Part shown: piece by piece, positions 1 to 11,908 of the stretch | How positions within the stretch are numbered: the stretch's first letter is position 1 | How the letters are laid out: every line of letters begins with the position of its first letter | Assembly (NCBI RefSeq): GCF_018977255.1 | Contig: NW_024704743.1 | Location: 5,830,001-5,894,000, forward strand | DNA length: 64,000 nucleotides | Source: Callorhinchus milii | Lineage: Eukaryota | Reading direction: 5' to 3' | Position numbers and translations under genes: made by a program | The notes under the pieces: generated by a model | Databases searched by the model: none | Seen by the model: the letters and a program-made list of their open reading frames with translations, nothing else | What the model was told of the DNA's origin: nothing

Positions 1-229
1 CAAGTCACACACCAAACATTTGGTAGTTTCAAGAGGTTTGAATTTGCATCTGCTCCAGTATAAAGGCCAGACTGGGAACCAATGCTGGCTCCACTTACCC
101 AATAATCCCTGAAGAATCCAATCAGTCCAACAGATGGCCTGAGGAAATAAGGAGCATTTTTGGTGTTATTTTGATTTTTTTGTTGATTTTTTTGATATTT
201 TTCTCCTTACCACATGCGGCTTCCACGTT

Positions 230-745
230 GGTTTAACGTCTCATCTGATAGCACCTCCAACAATGCAATGCACCCCCAGCACTGCATTGGAATGTCATCT
301 TAGACTATTCGAGTTCACATCCCAATGTGGGCCTTGAACCCACAACCTTCTGACACAGAGGTGAGAGTGTTACCAACTGAGCCAGGCTGGCGCATTCACT
401 ATAAAGTGAAGTGTATGTATTTTGTAGGCAAACTGGCAGCCAATTTGTGCACAGGCTGCCCATAAACCACCTTGAAATCAATCACCAATTTTATTTTGCG
501 GATTGTTGGTCGGGATACCAGGAGAATCTCCTTTCTCACTTTGAATAGTGCCATTTGAATAGACAAACAGACGGTTGAACATCTCACTCAAAAGCACCAT
601 CAACAATGCAGAGCACTCCCAGCACCACATTGGAGTATGAACCTAGAATCTAGATTATAAGAATTCAAAGTACTCAAAGTGTGGCTTAATCTCACAATCT
701 CGAACTCCGAGGCAAGTGTGCTACCAATTGAATCAGGCTGACACC
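230..745 (-). mobile_element. Two adjacent Deu-domain SINEs (230-392, 397-745)
   Basis: Minus strand ggctcagttggtaacactctcacctctgtgtcagaaggttgtgggttcaag head and ttggaggtgc..gatgagacgttaaac Deu-domain motif. Confidence 0.8.
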
Positions 746-1674
746 TGTGCAGCTGCAACATCCTATAGCAATAAATTGCCAATTGCCTTCGGAAGAGGTG
801 TAGAAATAATTGGCAGAGTTAGAAAGCTTGCTTTTTTTTGAACAGCATCTCCTGTAAAGTAGCACAGAACAATCACAAACTGCACTAAGCATGGAGAGCC
901 ACAGAAGGCTAGATGGTTTGAGAGAGAGGAAACATCTTGCCTTCTGTTAAACCGATACTACTTTTGGTGAAACACATTTCTACCCAGCACCACAATTCAC
1001 AATTTTCCGGCTGTGATATTTCCTTTTCAAAAGATGTTTTTTTAAAAAGAATTTAATGTTTCCTCTGCAGCTGCAAACATTTGTAACTGTGAAACTGGTC
1101 AGCTGAAATACCACACTGTGATATGCTGGCTATTGCTTGCAGACCTGAGCTCCATCATCAGGTTTTAGCAACAACAATCATAGAATGGTTGATAGACTTT
1201 TTTCAAAAAGCATTCTCCCGCTTTCTTTCCCTATATATCATTTTCAAAGGTAACCTCTCATGAAGTGTAGTGACTGTATATTTGTAGGCGAATAACTTTT
1301 CACACAGCATGCCTCACACACAGCTGTGAAGTGAAGTACAATTTTATCTGGAGGACTGTAGGCCAGGACACTGACAGAAATTCTTATCTCTTTTCGCAGT
1401 GACGGTATCTTTAATGTCCACTTGAACAGACAGAGAGTAACTCAATGGGCAATGCAGTGCTCCTGGTGTCAGCCTAGACCACAAGCTTTTTAAAGGAGAT
1501 GGATGTTGTTATCTAATAGGAGTGAGTGGAACACTTTAAGTTCATCAGGGTGTGGCTATCTGGTGGTGAAGAGTGCACAACTTCCTTGTTAGGCTCCAGT
1601 GTCAGCAAAAAACACACACACAGGTTTACTATTATCAGTCAGATTCAGAATAAAGCTCTACCCTGCAAAACTTA

Positions 1675-1835
1675 GAATCATACAATCCTACAGCACAGGA
1701 GACGATTCGGCCCATGGTGCCTGTGCCGGCTCTTTGAAAGAGCTATCCAACTAGTCCCATTCCCCACTCATTTCCCATAGCCTTGCAATTTTTTTCTTTT
1801 TCAAGTAAATATCCAATTATTGAATCTGCTTCCGG
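1675..1835 (-). mobile_element. CR1 3'UTR fragment (similar fragments near 16875-17090, 25290-25400, 34290-34445, 39205-39385, 60255-60410)
   Basis: Homologous to 56273-56460. Confidence 0.75.
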
Positions 1836-2058
1836 ATTTCAAACCAACACTCACTGTTGGAGGAATATGATATTTGCATTTCCAAAACCACACATGTTTT
1901 ATGACTAAGTGAGGGAGCCATTTTAACTTTGAGTTATGGCTAATTGTGGATCAGTATATTCTCATAGCAAGTGCTATTCTCGGCCTAACTATTCTTCTAT
2001 GAACACCAGTCTAAGCAGAGCACACCGCAGTGCACCAGTACTTTGCCTCTTTAATCCA

Positions 2059-2271
2059 AGGCTGAAATCCCACCTCGCCTTAGCCTGTAAATCCATTTTG
2101 CTTTACTTTTTACAATCCCACAGGATTGTGGAAAATTGTTAAATTTCGAATCCACTGCAGATCTTAAAATAAATTTTAAGACTGAATTTAAGAATTTTCT
2201 ACTATTCTGCAAGAGCTTGAATGTCAAGGTAAAATGGATCTATAGGTTAAGACGAGGTGGAATTTTAGGCC
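2059..2271. mobile_element. Palindromic MITE-like fold-back, possibly PIF/Harbinger
   Basis: ~45-bp imperfect terminal inverted repeats beginning GGC, internal symmetry centred near 2170. Confidence 0.55.
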
Positions 2272-2594
2272 TCACTGCCAGTGTTCTTAAAACTGAGTTA
2301 CTGATTCAGGCCAGATGGGCACAAAAAACCCTGGCCTGCTCAGAATTAAGCTTCGCCAACAAGACTCCACCACAGCTTTTGTCTCATGATTGTTTGAGAG
2401 GAAATAAGAGTAGAAAAAGCTCAGACTGAGGAAAGAAGAGATATTTCTTCATTCGAAAGACACATATTTTAGGAAACAGTGAAATCAATGGCGAGAAGCA
2501 ATCCTGTTGTAACAAAAATGACAGGGAAAGACGATAATGCACACAATTTCCTTTTAAAAGTTATTAAAGTCCTATGCTTGAACAGCAGAGTTAC

Positions 2595-2750
2595 AAACCA
2601 CTCTTGAATATTGTAAACATGGGAGTGGTTTCATAGATATTGCCCCAACATTAGTATTTCCTGTAAATATTGCAAGCAGCATGTTATCTCGCGCTCAAAC
2701 TGGGCAATGTATGTTCAAATGCAATGACTGTGGTTTGCCACTTCCTCTTT
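2595..2750. promoter_or_regulatory. Candidate haematopoietic enhancer (RUNX + PU.1/ETS + FOX motifs)
   Basis: TGTGGTTT 2729-2736 two bases from CACTTCCTCTTT 2739-2750; AAACCAC 2595, TGTAAACA 2612, TTCCTGTAAATA ~2658; non-repetitive DNA. Confidence 0.4.
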
Positions 2751-3158
2751 AATTGTACAACTTCATATACGAAAGAAACTGTGAAGGTAGAGGTGGAGTG
2801 TGGCAACACTCAACTATGTTAACACTTCAACTGTGGCACTGCCTAATGTTTTCATTTGAGAAAAACAAGTGAGAAAGTAAGAAATAAAACGCAAACAAGA
2901 GAACAGAGTCAAAAAATGAGATATTTCTAAATGCGTTCCATTCTTTAACTATCGCCAGCAATAGTCGAGAAACAATACAAAAATCGCAATTTAAAAATGC
3001 GTCCATTGAAACAGGTCCTTAATGAAAACTGAGGTGTCGGTCTGGCTCAATTAATAGCACTCTCGCTGCTGAGTCGGAAGGTTGTGAGTTCAAGCCTCAC
3101 GGTGGTATGAATACTGACCATTCAGCTCCTGCGAACTTTGCAAGCCAAAGCTCTAATG

Positions 3159-3326
3159 CTGTAGTAGGCAACCTGTGGCCCACAGGGCCATCACGAGGTG
3201 CCCCCTCCAACATTTGCACATCTGGGTAAGTCTGTGTTGGATTGGTTGTGTGTTTTCAGTTTTTTTTCTTGATTGAATATTTCTTGATTTATTTTGTTGC
3301 CCGACCATAAAGGTTAGCCAACACTG
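3159..3326. mobile_element. hAT (Charlie-like) MITE, same family, internally deleted
   Basis: ctgtagtaggcaacct / aggttagccaacactg termini, 8-bp TSD ctctaatg/acctaatg, internal homology to 27450-27595. Confidence 0.65.
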
Positions 3327-5567
3327 ACCTAATGGGTAGGGTGGTCCTAAGCTGGACGATCAGCAGGAAGCCCACTAAACAGTGCTCTCAATGGCAAGTT
3401 ATGTGGTTTTAGCTGGTTAAACATCAGCAACACACCAATGCGCATTCTGGGTCCCCAAGTCTTGGCTTGTCAACTCTCACCTAATACTCTTCGGAATTAG
3501 GTAAGCTTGGTGCATCCTTCCAGAGAGGAAATGTGCACAGAGGGAAATTTCCATGTGTAGGGGAGCATACATATGTGGAACTCTGTATGGTTTGGATATT
3601 CTTAACCATAATCGGGTTATGCAGGATAATCATATCCGGTTACGCGATCGCTAGGAAGGTGGAAGGCAAACTAGATGGACCTTAATCTTTTTTCATCTAG
3701 CATTTCTTATGTTCATAGGCGGATGGCTAGGATAGAGGGGCTTAGCCTATTTATCTATACAGCTCACTTCTTTAAGGGAGCTGGAAATGCAAATGCCTGA
3801 GCCCTGCAGATGACCATAGCCAGTCTTTAACTGAAACCTTTATTGAGTTTTATCACAGCCTGTCCACCCCCTACCACCAAGAATATTTTCAATCGCCACC
3901 CATGATCATGATGATGTATTTCTGTATGTGTCGGACTGCGCAGCTGAAAAAAACACACAGGAAGCCATTGTGACTATGAAATAATTTTACAATGCAATAA
4001 TTTGACACAGCTTTCGTCTCATGAACAACATACAACAACAACAACAACTTTGATTTATATAGTGCCCTCCACGCCGGACGGCATCTCAAGTGATGTCAAG
4101 GTGGCCATTTTCCTCTGTGTTCATTTATAAGGAATTGAAAAAGTAAACCCAGAAAAATTAGGATGCAACAAGACAGTTGAGGATAAACAAGAGGACAAAA
4201 AGTTTAGAGTTGCAAAGGTCAATTTCAGGACAGGTACTAGGGACTTTTTCTTTACTAAGAGGATAATTAATGACTGGAACAGATTACCAGGATGGGTGCT
4301 TGAGGCCAGGACACTGGACTCAATTAAAAAGCAGCATGATGTTGTGACGGGAGGACAGTAGGATGGGTGTTTCGGAGGTTGAGATCATTTGGGCTGAAGG
4401 GCCTTCTTCACGCAAATCAATTTTGTGATGTTGTATAAAGATATTTAAAAGAATCGCATACTACAGCTCCCGACAAAGCACATTCTCCATTTCCTGTACC
4501 ATGCGGCGTGAAGGAAATCTTGAGGTGCTTTATATGTTCTTTGCAGGTTTGCAGAGCATGTGAGTTTATAAAAAGTTTTTTTTCCGTCTTAGTGTAATGT
4601 TTTAAGCTTAATGTTTTTAAGTTTAAGTCGGCTTGAAAGGCATTATATCAAATGAAGGATTACATAGTTACAAAGACCTACAGGAAATCTCTCCATTAAC
4701 CTAACAATCACACTCTGAAAGATTTCACTTTCAAGATTGTGAACATTAACAACAACAAATTGCAAGAATTAAAATAAGTTAATACGGTCTTTGTGAGTTA
4801 TTGTAATGAGTAGTGACAGTGTATTTTATGAGATGAACACAGCAGACAATTTGGACACAGCAATAACTCACAAACAGCCATGGAGTGAGGAATCAATTTT
4901 CTTGAGGAAGTGTTGTCCTGGACACTGGGAGAAACTCCGTTCTTTTTTCAAATAGAGGCATGGGATCTTTAACGTCCACCTGGACAGACAAACAGGACCT
5001 TGATTTAACATCTCAGAAAACATCTCAGACAAAATGTCATGAATAAAATAACAATAATTCCTACATTTGGTATAACACAGAATATATGCTAATGTGCACC
5101 AACTCTGTATTTGTGGTGAACGGTCATTATAATTAAGCAATTATAAATAATTAGATTTTTATAGTGGCTTAAAAGCTGGAGGATGGGCACTGTACAATTT
5201 TTCACTTTGTGTAAATGGATGTTGCAGAGTTCAATCAATAGTGGGAGTGCAAATCTGTAATGGTTTTGTTTTAGGATTCAACCAAATCATCTGATTGGTC
5301 AGAGGAGCCTTTGATTGACAGGAATTATTTAGGGATTTCTCACATTTTATCAAATGCAAGGATTCTTCTTATTATTCAATATTGAACAAAATTGATATGT
5401 GGATACAAAACTGGTCATTCACCTCATGGCTGTTTGTAGGATTTTGCTGTGTGCACATTGACCTCCTCGTTCACCTACGAAGAACACAATAAAATCCTGT
5501 GAAGTACTTTGAGGCATCTCAATGACATGATAAGGCACTGTAGAAAATGCAAGAATTATTGTTTTAA

Positions 5568-5898
5568 TGGAGTCCTGTAGCTCAGTGGTTAGAGCACTCG
5601 CTTTGCAAGCGAGAGACCTGAGTTCAATTCCAGGCAGAGGGCGAAACCTTGGGCAAGTTTCCTTACTCCAGACAGAGCCTAATAATAATCCCTCCAAAAC
5701 CAAAAACAATAATAAATTGGTCATTTTCAATCTACGACTGTTTGTGGGACATTGCTGTGCGCAATTGGCTGTCACGTTCACCCACAATTATACAGTCAAT
5801 TCACTTTACAGTGTGTTCTGTGAAGCGCTTTGGGACGTCCTCCCGACGTGAAAAGCACTATATCAAATGCAAGGATTATTATTTTATTATTATTATTA
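5568..5898 (+). mobile_element. tRNA-Ala-like SINE, short young subfamily
   Basis: Box A TAGCTCAGTGG, anticodon arm CTCGC-TTTGCAA-GCGAG, box B GAGTTCAATTCC, L2-like tail ending (TTA)n. Confidence 0.92.
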
Positions 5899-6473
5899 CA
5901 GAGCCTTGGGGAAATGCTTGAAAAAAGTTAAAAATGAGATTTGTAATTGAAAAGAATGAGGTGGATCAAAACCCATTTGAACATCTGGTGTGTTTATTTT
6001 TCCAGGAGGGACTAATGAGTCTGACTCCAAGTGAGCAAAGCAAGACAAGTCTGTGAAATGTCAGACTTTATTTACAATGGTGTTAAACTGCTATAAAGTT
6101 TCAGCGTGGAAAGCAATTATTTTGGGTCACAGAGAGCTATCACCAAATGATCGCAATATGATCTCCCTCTGCACAAGCTGTCTAACCGAACTTTATAATA
6201 TTGTCGTAAATAATTATTACAACAGATATATAGCATTTTTCAGGCCATTTATAGATCTGCCACCCCATCAACTAATAAATGTCAGCAGCGCTACCTACCA
6301 ATATCATCCCGATCCGAACATTCACCCAGTCTGATATTCACTTTAAATTGTACCCTGTTCCACTACTGCCCTGAACTTTGTATGTTTGTATAAGCTGTTA
6401 TTTATCAGCTAGAGCTTGTAATAATAATGATAATCCTTGCATTTGATATAGCGCATTTCATGTCAGAAGGACA

Positions 6474-6757
6474 TAATAGTAATAATAATCCTTGCATTTG
6501 ATATAGCGCTTTTCACATCGGGAGGACGTCCCAAAGCGCTTCACAGAACACACTGTAAAGTGAATTGACTGTATATTTGTGGGCGAACGCGGCAGCCAAT
6601 TGCGCACAGCAATGTCCCACAAACAGTCGTAGATTGAAAATGACCAATTTATTATTGTTTTGGGTTTTGGAGGGATTATTATTAGGTGTGTGGAGTAAGG
6701 AAACTTGCCCAAGGTTTTGCCTCTGCCGGGAATTGAACTCAGGTCTCTCGCTTGCAT
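6474..6757 (-). mobile_element. tRNA-Ala-like SINE, same young subfamily, 5'-truncated
   Basis: Shares diagnostic cattttcaatctacgac and gtgtgttctgtgaagcgctttggg. Confidence 0.88.
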
Positions 6758-7189
6758 CCCAAAGCACTTTGCACAATTTACTGTAAAATGGAGTGACTGT
6801 ATTTTTTTGTGGGTAAGCGGTTTGAGGCGGTTTGAGGTTTGAAGGAAATGTACTTGAAATGTTGAAGAGAGTTTTCAAGATATTAATAATACTACTTGCA
6901 TTTGATACAGAACCTTATCACTTCGTTGAGACATCCCAAAGCGCTTCACAGAAAATATTGAGTGAACTGACTGTATATTTTGTGGGTGAAAAACTGAGAG
7001 GCCACCTATTACTCACTGCCAGTACAATTGGGCTATTGACTGGCCAATTACCCTATTAGGGAACATGACTGATAAAGATGATTATCATCCTTTTCCTCCC
7101 CCCTCAGCCAAAGGTAATCCCTGTGTTGAAAAACTGCCAGATCCCAAACCAGCATTCCAGTGTAGAGGCAAGGGATTGACTAAATTAAG

Positions 7190-8835
7190 TCATAAGAACA
7201 TAAGAACATAAGAATTAGGAGCAGGAGTAGGTTATTCAGCCCCTCTAGCCTTCCCCGCCATTCAATAAGATCGTGGCTGATATATTCTAACTCCACCTAC
7301 CCGCCTTATCCCCATATCCCTTAATCCCTTTATCCACAAGAAATCTATCAATCTCAGTCTTGAATATGTTCAAGGACTCAGCATCTACAGCCCTTTGGGG
7401 TAGAGAATTCCATAAATTCACTACCCTCTGAGTGAAGAAGTTTTTCCTCAACTCAGTGCGAAAGGGCTTACCCCGAATTTTAAGACTGTGACCCCTGGTT
7501 ATAGTTTCTCCAACCAGGGGAAAAAGTCTTCCACTATCTATTCTGTCATGCTCCTTAATAATCTTATAGATTTCTATAAGATCACCTCTCATTCTTCTGT
7601 ATTCTAGAGAATATGGGCCTAAATTGCTCAACCTATCCTCATAACTCATCTCCCTCATCCCGGTACCAACCTAGTGAATCTATGTTGTACTCCCTGTAAA
7701 CCATGTCTCAGTAATGGCTACTAGATCATACCTATTTGTATCTATCTGTGCCTTTAATTCATTAAACTTATTCCGAATGCTTCGTGCATTCAGATATAGC
7801 GATTTTAATTTCTTACCATTTCCCTTACTTTCTGATGCCCTATCTTCTTTACTGAGCTTCTTATCCCTCTTTGACCTATTCTGTTTATCTCTCTCGCTAT
7901 TCTGTTCTGGCACCTTTAGTTTTCTTAATACTGCTGGCTTACGATTATATCTAATTGTATCCCCTTTACTAGTTTAAAGCCTTATTTACCTCCCTATGTA
8001 TTCGGTTTGCTAGGACATTTGTTCCAGCCCGATTTAAGTGGAGCCCATCCTTTTGAAATAGACCCCTTTTCCCCCAATACTTGTGCCAATGGCCCATAAA
8101 ATGAAACCCCTGAGTTCCACAGCATTCCCTCAGCCATGAATTTAACTCTCTAATTTGCTTATTCCTGTACATGTCAAAGCCAGCAATCCTGATATCACTA
8201 CCTTTGATGTTCTTTGTTTCAATTTAGTTCCCAACTCCATGAACTCCCTCCTCAAATCATCACTGTTAACCCTACCTATGTCATTGGTACCACCAATGGA
8301 TCCTCGCCCTTATGTTTCAGATTCTCTTCCAGCCCAGCTGAGACGTCCTTCACCCAGGCCCCAGAAAGGCAACAGAGCCTTCGGGCCTCCTGGTTGGGGC
8401 TGCAGATAAGTGTATCTGTCCGCCTGATAGTCTCGTCCCCAATCACTACAACTTTCTGTTTGTTTTCCCTAATATTAGAATGACGTTTTCCTTCCTCCTC
8501 ACAGGTTTCCTTGGCCACACAGGTTGCAAGAATCTCGTACCTGTTGGCCAAGGTTAAAGCCTGAGGCTTCATTGCCACTCTCTCTGGCGTTCCCTTAACC
8601 TCCTGCCTGTCAGACACCCTATCCTATCCTTGACTGATACAATTATCTATACTTTCCCTGAGCCTCAGCGGAGTGACTGGCTCTAGGATGAAACTATCCA
8701 GGAAGCACTCACTCTCCCTGATGCTGCGCAATGTCTGCACCTCGGAGTCCAGCTCTGAGCTGGAGCTGCCTCAGTTGCAGACATTTGCTGCAGATGTGGT
8801 TGCCCGAGCTCAGACTGCCCTCCAGCAACTCCCAT
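7190..8835 (-). mobile_element. CR1 LINE, internally deleted (ORF1 zinc finger/zipper + esterase, ORF2 N-terminus fused to ORF2 C-terminus, 3'UTR)
   Basis: HICSKCLQL; VVVIGD..CCLSGA; DGLHLNRAG (SGNH esterase); YLNARSIRNK..AITETW (APE start); RGDLIEIYKI..TRGHSLK..FFTQRVVNLWNSLP (CR1 C-term); (TTCTTATG)n tail. Confidence 0.92.
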
Positions 8836-9183
8836 TATCATTAATCATTATCATTTGAAACAGCAGAACCATAGATTGAAGACGTCAGATAAAATCTACA
8901 AGATAGTGGTGTGATGTTGGTTAGTCGACATATTTAAATCGAGATGGGAGTACTAAGAGCTGGTGATAAATCAGATTGGGGCTTTTTGGGGTCAGCTGGG
9001 TGTCTGACACATGGGGAAACCCATCACCACGCTTAGGAGTTTCCAAATCCCCTACACATAGAAATTCCTGAGTCTGGAATGGAATGCATACTCTCCTCCA
9101 GGGGAACGACCCTGCTTACTTAATTCTGGAGAGAATTAAGCGCAAGTTGGCAAGAGCCCAGGCTTGGGGACCTCAAAGTATGT

Positions 9184-9184
<1 letters not shown>

Positions 9185-9222
<38 letters not shown>
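9185..9222. repeat. (TAA)n microsatellite inside a family X copy
   Basis: Direct reading. Confidence 0.9.
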
Positions 9223-9223
<1 letters not shown>

Positions 9224-11004
9224 TTTTGCAAACTCCTGGAGTTTAACCAGCTAAAAGTGCATAACCTGTCTGGCACTATCTTCCCACTGCCTGTCCCACC
9301 CTATTCGTTAGGGCTTTGCCAGAGTTAATGGAAGCTGAGTGGGAAGAATGCCAAGCCCAAGTGACTGGTCTGCTCCTTGAAGTCCTGCTACCATCCAGGC
9401 TGACTGATCTGCCATTAACAGTGCCCTGGAATAATGGGGACTTCTGACTCAGGATCCGGACGACCAAGAATGCCATAGCTAGAAGCTGAAGGCTGTGTTT
9501 CTTCAAATCATTTTTTTTCACCCACAAAACACACTTTACAGTATACTTTGTGCAATGCTTTGAGACGTCCCACTGATGTGATAAGGCGCTATATCAAATG
9601 AAAGGATTATTATTATTATGTTCTCTGAATAGTGGCAGTGGTGAACAGTTGTGAAACTTTAGAACCAGTTTCTGGTCCAACCATTGTTTATAATGGAAAC
9701 ACCAAAATAGTTGGTAGACTCTGCGACTGGTAAGAGTATATCTAGGAATGGGCAGAGCCACAGAGGTAAAGCAGGGAGGTGAGATGTTGGAGAAGGTTGT
9801 TCAATGAAACAAAGGGGTACTTTGGATGTAAGGCATTTTTGATAGAGATCATTGTCAACTGCAAAATTCATCCTTTTCCTTGACCTTGCTTCACTCTTTT
9901 GTGCCTGCATCGCAAATTAATCGATCTGTGCCGTACGTTCTCCAGTTCAGAGCTGTATCCAGTCAGTCTCTTCACCTTTTGTATACAGTTAAGTGTGTGT
10001 TAGGCACATGTTATACCATAAGAGACATTGCACATGAAATGGGAGGGGTTGGTGCTTGCATAAGGCAGGAGGGTTGGTAACACTCGGAAGTAATGCAATG
10101 GCCTTTTCTAGTCCTGTATGTTTCTGAGTTCCTTACACACAAGCACAATAATATTGTGACTTGTGTATGTGGCAAACAAAATGATAATTGCGTAGGTTTG
10201 AGCAATATGTGATTGATGCAAATCAGAAGAATTTACAGTCCTAATCTTCATAGCCTGCACTAAAAGATAACAATGTTTACGTGAGCATTTTGAAGCTTGT
10301 TTTAGTTGTTGCAAATTCTACCACATATAGCTAAACTGTCATACATTTGCAGACTCTGTGACTGGTCTACTGGCAGAGGTGAGCCCAAGGGAAGCTGAAC
10401 TTTAAGGGAAGCGCAAACAAGCTGATGTTAGAATATGGTGGGATTCCCAATAGGAAATGGCTTTTATCTAAATTCTTCTTTAAAAAAAATTGAATTTAAA
10501 GTAAAATCTTCCACAAAGACACCAAACTGACATTTTGTTCCCTGGTTGAAGTGCAGTGAGCAGCATAGCACAGAAAAGGAAGTGAAGAGCATTGTGTGGG
10601 AGCAGCAGCTAAACCTTGGATTAATTTAATCCTCACACCACTAACCATAGTCAAGGGTCACTCTTTACTAACAGCATTGCTCTGTCTAACAGCAGCAAGC
10701 AAGCAACAACAATTTATATATAGATAGCGCCTTTCACATTGGGAAGCTGTCTCAAACCCCCACACAGAGTTAACTGGGAGCACAAGCTGGGGAGGAGGGG
10801 ACGAATATGTCAAATTGTCTGAAATGCTAAGAAAACTGGAATCTGAACCGAAGATTGAATTTCTTATCACACAATACTGCCAGCAGTAATGTTGCATCAC
10901 TTCTACAGTGTGAAAGGGTTATCTGGAATATCCGGTGCAGTTTTGGGCAATCCTACTCTAAAAATGGTATCTAACACGGTATCTGGGGGTGATGAAAAAT
11001 GTAG

Positions 11005-11908
11005 GATAATAATATTAATAATAATCATCCTTGCGTTTGATAAAGCCCCTTATCACTTCTTTGAGACAACACCAACAAATTACATTTGAATAGTGCCTTT
11101 CACATCAAGAGGACGTCCCAAGGAGCTGGAAAGTCAGGGATCTGCACCCAAGCTGGTGGTTGGGATCAGGAGGGGTGAAAGGCGGGAAGGGTAGGGGTAG
11201 GAGGGTGACCAAAGGCACGGTCAAAGAGGAGGGTCTTGAGACGGGTCTTGAAGGATTCAAAGGTGGGGCAGGCAAGCCGGTGGACATGAAGCAGGCCGGA
11301 GCCCGCTGAGTGGAGGGAGTGGACAGGTTGGTAGGGGGTTAGGAAGTCAGAGAAATAGGGAGGAGCAAGGGTGTGGAGGGCTTCGAAGATGAGGACCAGG
11401 ATCTTGAACTGTATCCTCTGAGTATTGGGGAGCCAGTGGAACCGGGCGAGGATGGGGGTGATAGGGTTACAGAGCCTGGTGCAGGAGTGGACACGGACTG
11501 TAGAGTTCTGGATGATCTGCAGCCTATGGAGGGAAATGTTAGGGAGGCCGACAAGCAGGGAGTTTGCATAGAGACATCTCAAAGTGCTTCATAGAAAATA
11601 CTATAAAGTGAATTGACTATATATTTTGTGGCCAAAATGTGGCAGCCAATTGCACACAGCAGTGTCCCACAAACAGTCGTGGATTGAGTGACCAAATTAT
11701 TTTTTTTTATTATTATTATTTTGAAGAGTTTATTACGCCCAGAAAAGCGATCCTCCAATCGACTAACAGCCGGGTTCCTATGTACTACTAGATAAACAGA
11801 TAAACAGTGTGGTGTAAGGAAACTTGCCTAACGTTTTGCCCTGCCCGAGAATCAAACCTAGGTCTTCTCGCTTGCGAGGCGAGTGCTCTAACCAACATGC
11901 TACAGGAT
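11005..11908 (-). mobile_element. tRNA-Ala-like SINE, long form, tail interrupted by L2
   Basis: Head at ~11830-11908, body to 11571, remaining tail 11005-11068. Confidence 0.85.
11069..11570 (-). mobile_element. L2 3' fragment inserted in a SINE tail
   Basis: YANSLL..LQIIQNS..HWLPNTQRIQFKIL; GAGACA direct repeats at 11063-11068 and 11571-11576. Confidence 0.9.

Noticed and set aside
40..125. Octamer ATTTGCAT, TATAAA and CCAAT near the window start
   Set aside because: Short motifs expected by chance; no downstream exon and context truncated
4460..4565. Possible first exon or micro-exon ending CAT|gtgagt at 4560
   Set aside because: Splice-like motifs only; a TSS cannot be placed without transcript data
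5569..5643. tRNA-Ala-like sequence (also 30858, 33881, 44245, 59649)
   Set aside because: No proper acceptor stem or oligo-T terminator; continues into SINE body, so a SINE head rather than a tRNA gene
5419..5921. Repeated ORFs (MESCSSVVRALA.., MGKFPYS..) seen at several loci
   Set aside because: Chance translations of SINE copies, not a gene family
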